Shown: positions 1-7,397 of the stretch, in pieces | How the letters are laid out: each line of letters opens with the position of its first letter | How positions within the stretch are numbered: position 1 is the first letter of the stretch | Assembly: GCA_026129305.1 (NCBI GenBank) | Contig: JAHCII010000006.1 | Span: 1,056 to 65,055, forward strand | Reading direction: 5' to 3' | Source: Anaerolineales bacterium | Lineage (GTDB): Bacteria; Chloroflexota; Anaerolineae; Anaerolineales; UBA11579 | DNA length: 64,000 nucleotides | Made by a program: the position numbers and the translations under genes | Notes under the pieces: model-generated | The model's database searches: none | What the model was told of the DNA's origin: nothing | Seen by the model: only the letters and a program-made list of their open reading frames with translations

Positions 1-1255
1 CGAGTTGGTAGAGGGCTTTCTGGCCGCGGCGGCCGCCATCGGCACGGCGGACATGACCGCTGAGCACCAGTTGGTGCAAGACGTTGCGGACGGTGCCGGG
101 GGCGATGTCGGCCAGGCCGGCGGTGAGCTGGGGAAAGGTGAGCGGCGTGTCCGAAAGCAGCTGGATGAGATTTTGGGCGGTGGTGGATAAGGGCCGGGGG
201 GATTGAACGCCGGGTGGGGCCGGGGAGAGATGAAAGGTTGGCTGGTTATCTGGTGACTGGCCGAAGTTGGCTTTGGCGGTGAGGGATACAGGGGCAATGT
301 CGCGGGCTTTGAGGGTGGCAAGGCGAATGAGGTCTTCTTCCGGTTGCGACTCGACGAGGAGCATGTGGTCAACACCGGAAGCGATAAGGCTGGAGCCGCG
401 GAAGACGCCGCGCTTGTTGGTGTGATGGATGAGCAGCACGGCGGCATTGGTTTCGCGGGCGAGGCGGGAGAGATTGGCGATGACTGGCTGCATGGAGAGG
501 ACGTTGTTTTCGTCCACGCCGGGCATGACATTTGCGAGAGCGTCAATGATGATGAGGCCGACGTTCAGGGAGCGGGCGCGAGCAGAAATGGCGTCGACTT
601 CGGCGCGGTCTGCGAAGTTGTAGCCAGCAGGTGGAACAAAGAAGACAGACGTTTCCGACGCGGCTTGGTGGCCACGGAGAGTACGACCGAGGCGATCCCA
701 AGTGCGCTGGAGGCCGCCTTCCTGGTCGAGGATGAGCACCGGGGTTGGCGATTGTACGGGCGCACGGCCGTGCGCCCCAACAGCAGAGGAGGCAGTCGAA
801 TGCCCCAGCCAGTCTTGGCCGCAGGCGACGCTGACGGCGAGGTCGAGAGCCAGCCAAGTTTTCTTGGCGCCCGGCGCACCAACGAGCAGGTTGAGGCTGG
901 GACGGGTGAAGACATCCTGCACGCACCAATCCTGCGCTGGCAGCGGTTCGAGGGTTTCCCAAGCGGAGTAGATGCGCAGTTGATCTTCGGGCCGGGTCTC
1001 AATTTCGTCGAGGGCATCTTCGACTTCCATTTCCATATGGACGCGATCGGGGAGGCCGGCGATGGCTTCCTGGAAAGCTTGCTGGCGCTCGTAGAGGCCG
1101 CCGCCGGTTTGGGCACGGACGGCCTGGTAGCCAGCGGCCCAGGAAGCCGGCAGCGAATCCGGCGGCACGGTCGCGAGGCCGAAGTGGATGAGTTGGGCCA
1201 ACGCGGCCGCGGCGCGCTGGTTGAGCGCGTCTTCGTTGAGATTAATTGTGGACAT
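1..1255 (-). CDS. AAA_25/RepA-like RecA-fold ATPase with C-terminal winged-helix-like tail; the 3' end runs off the window
   Basis: My own minus-strand translation from the ATG at 1255 (GGGGGA RBS about 8 nt upstream) reads MSTINLNEDALNQRAAAALAQL... Motifs: Walker A LLVGAPGAKKTWLALDL, Walker B-like GLIIIDALANV, and AVLLIHHTNK. The C-terminus reads ...TVRNVLHQLVLSGHVRRADGGRRGQKALYQL. There is no stop before position 1, so it is absent from the ORF track. Confidence 0.75.
   Translation of the reverse strand, partial: MSTINLNEDALNQRAAAALAQLIHFGLATVPPDSLPASWAAGYQAVRAQTGGGLYERQQAFQEAIAGLPDRVHMEMEVEDALDEIETRPEDQLRIYSAWETLEPLPAQDWCVQDVFTRPSLNLLVGAPGAKKTWLALDLAVSVACGQDWLGHSTASSAVGAHGRAPVQSPTPVLILDQEGGLQRTWDRLGRTLRGHQAASETSVFFVPPAGYNFADRAEVDAISARARSLNVGLIIIDALANVMPGVDENNVLSMQPVIANLSRLARETNAAVLLIHHTNKRGVFRGSSLIASGVDHMLLVESQPEEDLIRLATLKARDIAPVSLTAKANFGQSPDNQPTFHLSPAPPGVQSPRPLSTTAQNLIQLLSDTPLTFPQLTAGLADIAPGTVRNVLHQLVLSGHVRRADGGRRGQKALYQL
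758..777. repeat. 20-bp perfect palindrome GGGCGCACGGCCGTGCGCCC (REP-like), copy 1, inside the AAA_25 CDS
   Basis: The sequence is self-complementary and its left flank is TGTAC. In the CDS frame it reads ...SSAVGAHGRAPVQSP... Confidence 0.9.
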
Positions 1256-1400
1256 GCGGGTCCCCCTGGTAAGCGATTAGCTGCCCTTATATAGGTTGAT
1301 TCTTGAGTGATAGCCAAGTTAGCATAAGTTGTTGAAATTGAGCGGAACATATGCCTGATGTTAAGGGAGCTAGCTAGAGAACGTTTGCTTTAGCAGGTTT

Positions 1401-3407
1401 CTATGCTTTGAAAAGAGTATTAATGCCTGTCAGGACCTTGTTGAAATTTCCCTCAGCTTGTATTGAATAAGATTTTGATTTTGTTCTTGATAGTTTTAAG
1501 TAAACCATTTGGGCAATACCAATCTTGTCTAATGTTATATCTTCAGGAGGATTTCCGATTTTTGGATTGACTGCCTGTAAGAGTGTCTGGATGTGTTTAG
1601 CTATACTTCCTTTGGCTTTTATTTTGTTTAACTCATTGTCGTCAGGTATCACTACATTGGGCCAAAATTGGCTATAGTATGACTTGAATTCGTTTATGTA
1701 TTCGTCTGCCTCGAAAAGATCCTCGATATCAAAATCTCCTGTGTCCCCCTGTTGAGATAGTTCTTTTACACTCTTAACCTTTTTAGACCAGGTGCTTAAG
1801 CCTGAGCCTGATAACTTCTTTTTCAGGTCACTATATTTTTGTCCAGAATCAACAATCGCTACCCAGTTCACTTGGTTCTTGGATTCTTTTCCTAGAAATA
1901 GCAAATATAGTGGCACTTTATCAATCCCCGCCACAGGAATAAAGCTCCGAGTTAGCTCCGAAAAATCCGTTGACCATTTTTTAGCAATTGAGTTGTTTTG
2001 AAAATACTTCAACCAAGCTTGCAGATAGAAATAATCAGAAACCCCCTCAACAACAACGTGCTCTTTTCCTGTAAGCAGTTCCTCCCCAACAAACAAGGCC
2101 AAAGCTTCTCGCAATGGAGAGGATAATTCTTCGTCTTTCCAAAATCTTTTATGGACTACTGTGCCGTTTTCTTTATTTGGGCCATCTTGCACATTTTCTA
2201 CAACATATATTCTTTCTAGCCTTTGCCAGGGCATCATCATTGGTTGATGTGTAGTGTAAATTATTTGTGAATCTCGAGAAATATCTTCAAAGAACGACTT
2301 TAAATCCATCTGCGATCTTGCATGTAAATCCCGTCCCGGTTCATCAAAAAGCCAGAGTACGTTTTGTTTGTTTTTGCCTGCAATGGCTAATCGGGTATAG
2401 AATCGCAAAAACCATTTTTCACCTTCGCTTAAGTCCTCAAGGCGGATTGCTCGCCCTTGAGGGTTTCTGACATTAAATGTTAATAAGTCTCCGCGATCGA
2501 TATAAACTATGAACTCCAGCCTATGTGTTTTCCACACATTCCCGATTTTTGTAGATAAAGTTTCACTCGCCGAATCCTGAACTGCAACTAGCCTTGTATG
2601 AGTCGCGGTTTCGAAGCTGTCGGCAGTCTGGCCTGATAGTTCTAACAGGTCATACAGAAATGGATGGCCTTCTCTCTCTTTAAGAGAGGCTACTGGCGCT
2701 TGACTTTCAATACCATAGTCCGCTATATCCAAAAGCTCAATGCTTAAATTATCGAATGCATTTCCAAGTATCTGCTCTGTGTTGATTTTTAATTTTTTCT
2801 CAACATTGCTAATTTGTTGTGGGAGTTCAGCAATGATTTCACTGAGTGAATCTCCAGGTCCCTTTAATTCTTCAATTAATTTCTCGATTTCTTGGAAATC
2901 CTTTTCATCGAGTTTGGCAACTAGCTGTAAGATCTTCTCCTTTTCTGGTCCCTTGTCAGGGAAAGAACCTAAGTCTGTCTTGTCAACTAAATTCCTTATT
3001 TCTGTTATTCGGCCGCGGATAAGTTCAAGGTCGACCGATGCGGGTTCACCAGATCCAATTGAGGAAATCTCGATTTTTGCTTTTTGTCCTCGAGCTTTTG
3101 AGCAAAACACCTCAAAGCCTTCAGTGGCATTGGGAACTAAACCGAGGTTTTCTAGTATAGGTGCGTCCGCCTCAGTGAACAAAAATCGAGCTTTGATTAC
3201 TAAGTCTTTATCTTGCAGAGGGTCTGCATAGAAATCATCGTCACTGATTGAGGCAGGCTTTTTCAAACTTGCAAGAGCGCGCAAGATGTTTGATTTTCCG
3301 GTGCCATTTCCACCGATAAAAGTGGTAATGTTTGTGTCAAAGGTTGTAAAACCTTCAAGTTCTTGGACCGATCGATAATTCTTTATTGTGAAGCTAACTA
3401 ATCTCAT
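1401..3407 (-). CDS. ABC/SMC-type ATPase fused to a TOPRIM-like nuclease domain (OLD-family / fused PARIS AriA-AriB-like); candidate defence protein
   Basis: 668-aa ORF with a GGGAGGA RBS. The N-terminus MRLVSFTIKNYRSV is typical of AAA_15/21 ATPases. Motifs: Walker A GGNGTGKSN, signature-like LSEGEKWF, Walker B LWLFDEPGRDLH, and H-loop TTHQP. The TOPRIM-like segment reads HVVVEGVSDYFYL ... VAIVDSG. The gene is strongly AT-rich compared with its neighbours. Confidence 0.8.
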   Translation of the reverse strand: MRLVSFTIKNYRSVQELEGFTTFDTNITTFIGGNGTGKSNILRALASLKKPASISDDDFYADPLQDKDLVIKARFLFTEADAPILENLGLVPNATEGFEVFCSKARGQKAKIEISSIGSGEPASVDLELIRGRITEIRNLVDKTDLGSFPDKGPEKEKILQLVAKLDEKDFQEIEKLIEELKGPGDSLSEIIAELPQQISNVEKKLKINTEQILGNAFDNLSIELLDIADYGIESQAPVASLKEREGHPFLYDLLELSGQTADSFETATHTRLVAVQDSASETLSTKIGNVWKTHRLEFIVYIDRGDLLTFNVRNPQGRAIRLEDLSEGEKWFLRFYTRLAIAGKNKQNVLWLFDEPGRDLHARSQMDLKSFFEDISRDSQIIYTTHQPMMMPWQRLERIYVVENVQDGPNKENGTVVHKRFWKDEELSSPLREALALFVGEELLTGKEHVVVEGVSDYFYLQAWLKYFQNNSIAKKWSTDFSELTRSFIPVAGIDKVPLYLLFLGKESKNQVNWVAIVDSGQKYSDLKKKLSGSGLSTWSKKVKSVKELSQQGDTGDFDIEDLFEADEYINEFKSYYSQFWPNVVIPDDNELNKIKAKGSIAKHIQTLLQAVNPKIGNPPEDITLDKIGIAQMVYLKLSRTKSKSYSIQAEGNFNKVLTGINTLFKA

Positions 3408-3556
3408 ATTCCTCCCGCAGGATTTTATTATACATAATCAATAATGCAAAGTTGGTTTTGTAATACAGTTCACATATCTGAGTCGCTAGCCCAAGTTTGC
3501 CGATTGAGCTGGGCTTGCCTGGGATGGGTAGCACAGCTTGACTAAGGAGGCGCGTG

Positions 3557-3964
3557 ATGACACTAAATAAGTACCGCCCCTGGTTCTACGCTGCGGCGTT
3601 GTACAACCTGCTCTGGGGCGCGCTGAATATCCTGTTCCCCGCGGCGCTGTTCGGTTGGATCGGCATGCCGCCGGCCGACACGGCGATCTGGCAGGTAGTC
3701 GGCATGTTCGTGCTGGTCTACACGCCGGCCTACTGGTGGGCGGCCCGCGACCCGGAGCGGCACCGCCATCTCATCGTCATAGGCCTGCTGGGCAAGCTGC
3801 TCGGCCCGCTGGGCTTCGCCTGGGCGCTGGCGGCCGGGCGGCTGCCGCTGGCCTTCAGCTGGGTGATCCTGTTCAACGACCTGATTTGGTGGCCGGCCTT
3901 CTTCGGCTTCCTGCGCGAGATGGCGCGAGGTCACGGCTGGAAGGCGCTGATCACAGGACAATAG
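3557..3964 (+). CDS. small integral membrane protein (4 predicted TM segments), function unknown
   Basis: AAGGAGG RBS at 3544-3550, 6 nt before the ATG at 3557. The sequence is hydrophobic, Trp-rich and helical. The antisense ORFs here look like GC shadows. Confidence 0.65.
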   Translation: MTLNKYRPWFYAAALYNLLWGALNILFPAALFGWIGMPPADTAIWQVVGMFVLVYTPAYWWAARDPERHRHLIVIGLLGKLLGPLGFAWALAAGRLPLAFSWVILFNDLIWWPAFFGFLREMARGHGWKALITGQ

Positions 3965-4034
3965 ACCCATCCCAGGCGGCGGCCGCCGCTCTACAATGAG
4001 GGCAATAAACGGCCTCTATTGATAAGGAACAGCC

Positions 4035-4838
4035 ATGAAAGTACAAGACAAAGTGATTGTGGTCACCGGCGCCGGCAGCGGTATCGGCCGGGCGCTGGTG
4101 CTGGCCTTGCTCGACCAAGGCGCCCGCGTGGCGGCGGTGGATGTGAGCCAGAGCGGCTTGCAGGAGACGCTGGCCCAGGCCGGCGCCGCCAAAGAGCGCG
4201 TCTCCACGCATGTGCTCGACCTGAGCGACAAGGCCAAGGTCGAAGCGCTGCCCGCCCAGGTCATCGCCGCCCACGGCGCTGCCGACGGCATCATCAACAA
4301 CGCCGGCATCATCCAACCCTTCGTGCCCTTCAATGACCTGGATTACAAAGACATCGAACGCGTGCTGCAGGTAAACCTCTACAGCCAGATCTATATGGTC
4401 AAAAGCTTCCTGCCGGAGCTGCTCAAGCGGCCCGAGGCGCACATCGTCAACGTCTCCAGCATGGGCGGCTTCTTCCCCTTCCCCGGGCAGACGCTATACG
4501 GCGCCACCAAGGCGGCGGTCAAGCTGCTCACCGAAGGACTGTACGCCGAATTGCTGGAGACCCAGGTGGGCGTGACGGTGATCTTCCCCGGCGCCATCGC
4601 CACCGACATCGCCAAGAACTCCGGCGTGCGCATGGCCGGGGCGGACAGCGCCGAATCCTCGGGCATGTCGATGACCAGCGCCGCTTCCGCCGCGCAGCAG
4701 ATCATCGCTGCCATGGAGAAGAACAAGTTCCAGGCCTTCGTGGGCAATGACTCGAAAATGATGAACCTGTTCTACCGGCTGAACCCCGGAGCCGCAACGC
4801 GCTTCATCCAGAAGCAAATGAAGAAGTTGCTGCAATAA
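4035..4838 (+). CDS. SDR-family short-chain dehydrogenase/reductase
   Basis: Cofactor motif TGAGSGIGRA, NNAG motif, and catalytic YGATKAA. Confidence 0.9.
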   Translation: MKVQDKVIVVTGAGSGIGRALVLALLDQGARVAAVDVSQSGLQETLAQAGAAKERVSTHVLDLSDKAKVEALPAQVIAAHGAADGIINNAGIIQPFVPFNDLDYKDIERVLQVNLYSQIYMVKSFLPELLKRPEAHIVNVSSMGGFFPFPGQTLYGATKAAVKLLTEGLYAELLETQVGVTVIFPGAIATDIAKNSGVRMAGADSAESSGMSMTSAASAAQQIIAAMEKNKFQAFVGNDSKMMNLFYRLNPGAATRFIQKQMKKLLQ

Positions 4839-4860
4839 GCGACCGGGCAGTCCGACATCC

Positions 4861-4890
4861 AGAGCGCAGGCGATTTGCCTGCGCTCTTTG
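4861..4890 (+). terminator. intrinsic terminator after the SDR gene
   Basis: 11-bp stem AGAGCGCAGGC/GCCTGCGCTCT with loop GATTT, followed by a T-rich tail. Confidence 0.6.
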
Positions 4891-4900
4891 ATATTTGCTA

Positions 4901-4937
4901 TTGACAACACTGTGTGTAATACAGTAATATTCACCAC
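4901..4937 (+). promoter_or_regulatory. promoter and candidate PadR operator; implies a leaderless padR mRNA
   Basis: TTGACA (4901-4906), 18 nt, TAATAT (4925-4930), then 7 nt to the ATG at 4938 with no Shine-Dalgarno sequence. The inverted repeat ACTGT-N7-ACAGT (4909-4925) lies in the spacer. Confidence 0.55.
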
Positions 4938-5294
4938 ATGGTAACACAAGAGGAGTACCCCGCTTTGCTGGAGAACCTCAGCCTGGAGCTGCGCCGCGGC
5001 GCGCTGGTGCTGGCCGTGCTCAGTCAATTGAGCGAAAAGCAATATGGCTATTCGCTCAAGCAGCAGCTGGCCAGCCAGGCTTTGGAGATCCCCGAGGGCA
5101 CCTTGTACCCGCTGCTGCGCCGCCTGGAGGCGCAGGGTCTGCTGGAAAGCGAGTGGGAGCTGGCCGACGAAGCCCGCCCGCGGCGCTACTACCGCATCAG
5201 TCCGCAAGGGCGTGAAGCGCTGGCAGACCTGACAAAAGAATGGGGGGCGCTCAGCCGTGCGCTGGGCGGGCTGTTGAAGGAAGAGAAGAAATGA
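4938..5294 (+). CDS. PadR-family transcriptional regulator
   Basis: YGYSLKQQL...EGTLYPLLRRLEAQGLLESEW...RRYYRISPQGREAL is the canonical PadR winged helix. Confidence 0.9.
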   Translation: MVTQEEYPALLENLSLELRRGALVLAVLSQLSEKQYGYSLKQQLASQALEIPEGTLYPLLRRLEAQGLLESEWELADEARPRRYYRISPQGREALADLTKEWGALSRALGGLLKEEKK

Positions 5295-6265
5295 ACGATC
5301 AGAATTTGCTTGAACGCTACATCCACGAAGTGGGCGCCCACCTGCCGCGCCGCAGCCGGCCGGATGTGCAGCTGGAGCTGCGCAGCTTGCTGCTGGACGA
5401 GCTGGCCGCCCGCGGCCTGGAGGCGGACAACCCGGCCGACGCCGCCGGCGTGGCCGAGCTGCTGAAGGAATACGGCCACCCCGAGGAACTGGCCGCCCGC
5501 TACCATACCGAGCAGTTCCTGATCAGCCCGCTGGCCTTCCCCGCCTTCCGGCTCAGTTACGGGATCGCGGCGGCGGTGGTGACTGTCGTCTTTCTGGTAG
5601 GGCTGGGCCTGCGCCTCAACCAGGGCGGCCTGGACCTCACCGAGCTGGCTGGGTTCCTTGGCTCCTATATCGAGACCATGCTGCTCAACTTCGGCGTGGT
5701 GGCTTTCGTGTTTTACCTGCTCGAGGGCCTGGGCTGGATCAAGCCGGCCAAAACCGGGGCCGGCTGGGACCCGCACAAGCTGCCGGCGGTGAAGGATCCC
5801 GACCGCATCAACCGCACGGAACTGCTGGTGGGCATCTTCTTCACCATCGCGGCGCTGCTGGTCTTCAACTTCGTGCCGCACTGGATCGGTATCGTCAGTT
5901 GGCACGATGACGGGATTGGTGTAGTGCCCATACTCAGCGACCAGTTCCTGACTTATGTGCCCTGGCTCAGCGCGCTGTGGGTAAGCGAAGTGGCGCTGAA
6001 GGCGCTGGTCTACCGGGCCGGGCGCTGGACGCGCCGCCTGCGCCTGGCCGAATTCGCACTTTCGCTGGCTTCCATCTATGTGCTCTACACCATCGTGCAG
6101 AATGCGGTCATCGCCAAGCTCGCCATCGTGGATGGCATTGCCAAATTCGCTTTGTGGATCCTATTGGGCATTGCTTTGTTGGAGTCAGGCTGGCAGCTCT
6201 ATCGCCTGTTGAGCGGCAAAGCCAATCATCCGCTCGGGGTTCCAAGTATTAGGGAGAACCAATGA
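5291..6265 (+). CDS. PadR-associated membrane protein (DUF1700/HAAS-like N-terminal domain plus polytopic membrane region), paralog 1
   Basis: ATGA overlap with the padR stop codon. The N-terminus reads LLERYIHEVGAHLPRRSRPDVQLELRSLLLDELAARG, followed by several TM helices. Confidence 0.75.
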   Translation: MNDQNLLERYIHEVGAHLPRRSRPDVQLELRSLLLDELAARGLEADNPADAAGVAELLKEYGHPEELAARYHTEQFLISPLAFPAFRLSYGIAAAVVTVVFLVGLGLRLNQGGLDLTELAGFLGSYIETMLLNFGVVAFVFYLLEGLGWIKPAKTGAGWDPHKLPAVKDPDRINRTELLVGIFFTIAALLVFNFVPHWIGIVSWHDDGIGVVPILSDQFLTYVPWLSALWVSEVALKALVYRAGRWTRRLRLAEFALSLASIYVLYTIVQNAVIAKLAIVDGIAKFALWILLGIALLESGWQLYRLLSGKANHPLGVPSIRENQ

Positions 6266-7248
6266 AACCATCCAAGTTGATCGACCGCTATTTAGCGGCG
6301 GTGGGGTTGCACCTGCCAAGCAAAACCCGCGCCGATGTGCAGCTGGAGCTGCGCAGCGCCATCCAGGACGCCCTGGAGGCGCGCGGGCTGGACGCGGACT
6401 GGAAAACAGACCAAGACGGCGTGGTCGAACTGCTGCGCGAGTTCGGCCGCCCGGAGGTGATCGCCCTGAGTTACGGCAGCCACAGCTATCTGATCGGCCC
6501 GCAAAGCATGCCCTACTACACCATGGTGCTGCGCGTCGCGGGCACGATCATCGCCGCCCTGCACCTGATCGGCCTGGCCGCGGCGCTGGTGACCAGCGGG
6601 CAAACGCCTTTCAGTGCGGGGAACGTGCTGAGCAATTTCTTCAGCACGCTCTTGACCGCCTTCGGCATCATCACCCTGATCTTTGCGCTGATCGAGCGGC
6701 GGGTGCTCAACATCAACCTGGCCGAAGACGACTGGGACCCGCAAAGCCTGCCGGAGGTGCAGCCAGACCCCCAGCGCGTCAATCTCTTCGAAAAAGGCTT
6801 CGAGCTGCTCTTCCTGGCCGGGCTTATCGCCGTGGTCAACTTCTTCCCGGATTGGTCGCCTGCTGCGCTGGACTTCGCCCAGGTGCCGGCGGACTTCGAC
6901 ATCATCCCGGCGATTGTGGGCCAGCTGGGCGCATACAAAGCCTGGTTCACCCTTGTGTGGTGCGGGGAACTGGTCGTGGGCCTGATCGCTTTGGTGCGCC
7001 GGCGCTGGAACAAGGCTTTGCGCAGCGCAGACGTGGTCTTTGCTTTCGGCTCTGTGGCGCTGGTGGGCCGCATCACGGCCAACCTTAGCGGCCGGGCCGG
7101 CGCGGGAGTGCTGGAGCAGACGGTGATGATCAGCTTCGTGATCACTTTCCTGATCCTGCTGGTGGATGCCTCGCTGCGGCTGTACAAACTGCTGCGAAGC
7201 GATCGGAGCCAGGAAGCTTTGGGCGCGGCAGACAGCCAAGCCAACTGA
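6262..7248 (+). CDS. PadR-associated membrane protein (DUF1700/HAAS-like), paralog 2
   Basis: ATGA overlap with the upstream gene. The N-terminus LIDRYLAAVGLHLPSKTRADVQLELRSAIQDALEARG is clearly paralogous to 5291..6265. Confidence 0.75.
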   Translation: MKPSKLIDRYLAAVGLHLPSKTRADVQLELRSAIQDALEARGLDADWKTDQDGVVELLREFGRPEVIALSYGSHSYLIGPQSMPYYTMVLRVAGTIIAALHLIGLAAALVTSGQTPFSAGNVLSNFFSTLLTAFGIITLIFALIERRVLNINLAEDDWDPQSLPEVQPDPQRVNLFEKGFELLFLAGLIAVVNFFPDWSPAALDFAQVPADFDIIPAIVGQLGAYKAWFTLVWCGELVVGLIALVRRRWNKALRSADVVFAFGSVALVGRITANLSGRAGAGVLEQTVMISFVITFLILLVDASLRLYKLLRSDRSQEALGAADSQAN

Positions 7249-7278
7249 TGACCGTTGCGGTCTAACAGCCGCCCAGCC

Positions 7279-7312
7279 AAGCGGCGTACCGATATTTGGT
7301 GCGCCGCTTTTT
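7279..7312 (+). terminator. intrinsic terminator of the padR operon
   Basis: Stem AAGCGGCGTACC / GGTGCGCCGCTT with loop GATATTT, followed by TTTTT. Confidence 0.65.
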
Positions 7313-7350
7313 CCGTCTTTGCGCGGGGTTTCAATCGCGGTATGCTTGGG

Positions 7351-7374
7351 TTGGGCGCACGGCCGTGCGCCCAA
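7351..7374. repeat. REP-like palindrome, copy 2 (TTGGGCGCACGGCCGTGCGCCCAA)
   Basis: The 20-bp core at 7353-7372 is identical to copy 1. The flanks extend self-complementarity to 24 bp. The site is intergenic. Confidence 0.9.
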
Positions 7375-7397
7375 CGACCCCAAAATGGAGAGTGTGA

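Noticed and set aside
344-1350. Track ORFs 344..1294 (+, 316 aa) and 565..1350 (-, 261 aa), plus nested ORFs.
   Set aside because: Their translations are Arg/Ala/Gly/Pro-rich with no motifs. A different minus-strand frame, open to the window edge, gives a clean AAA_25 ATPase with Walker motifs. These ORFs are GC-shadow ORFs.
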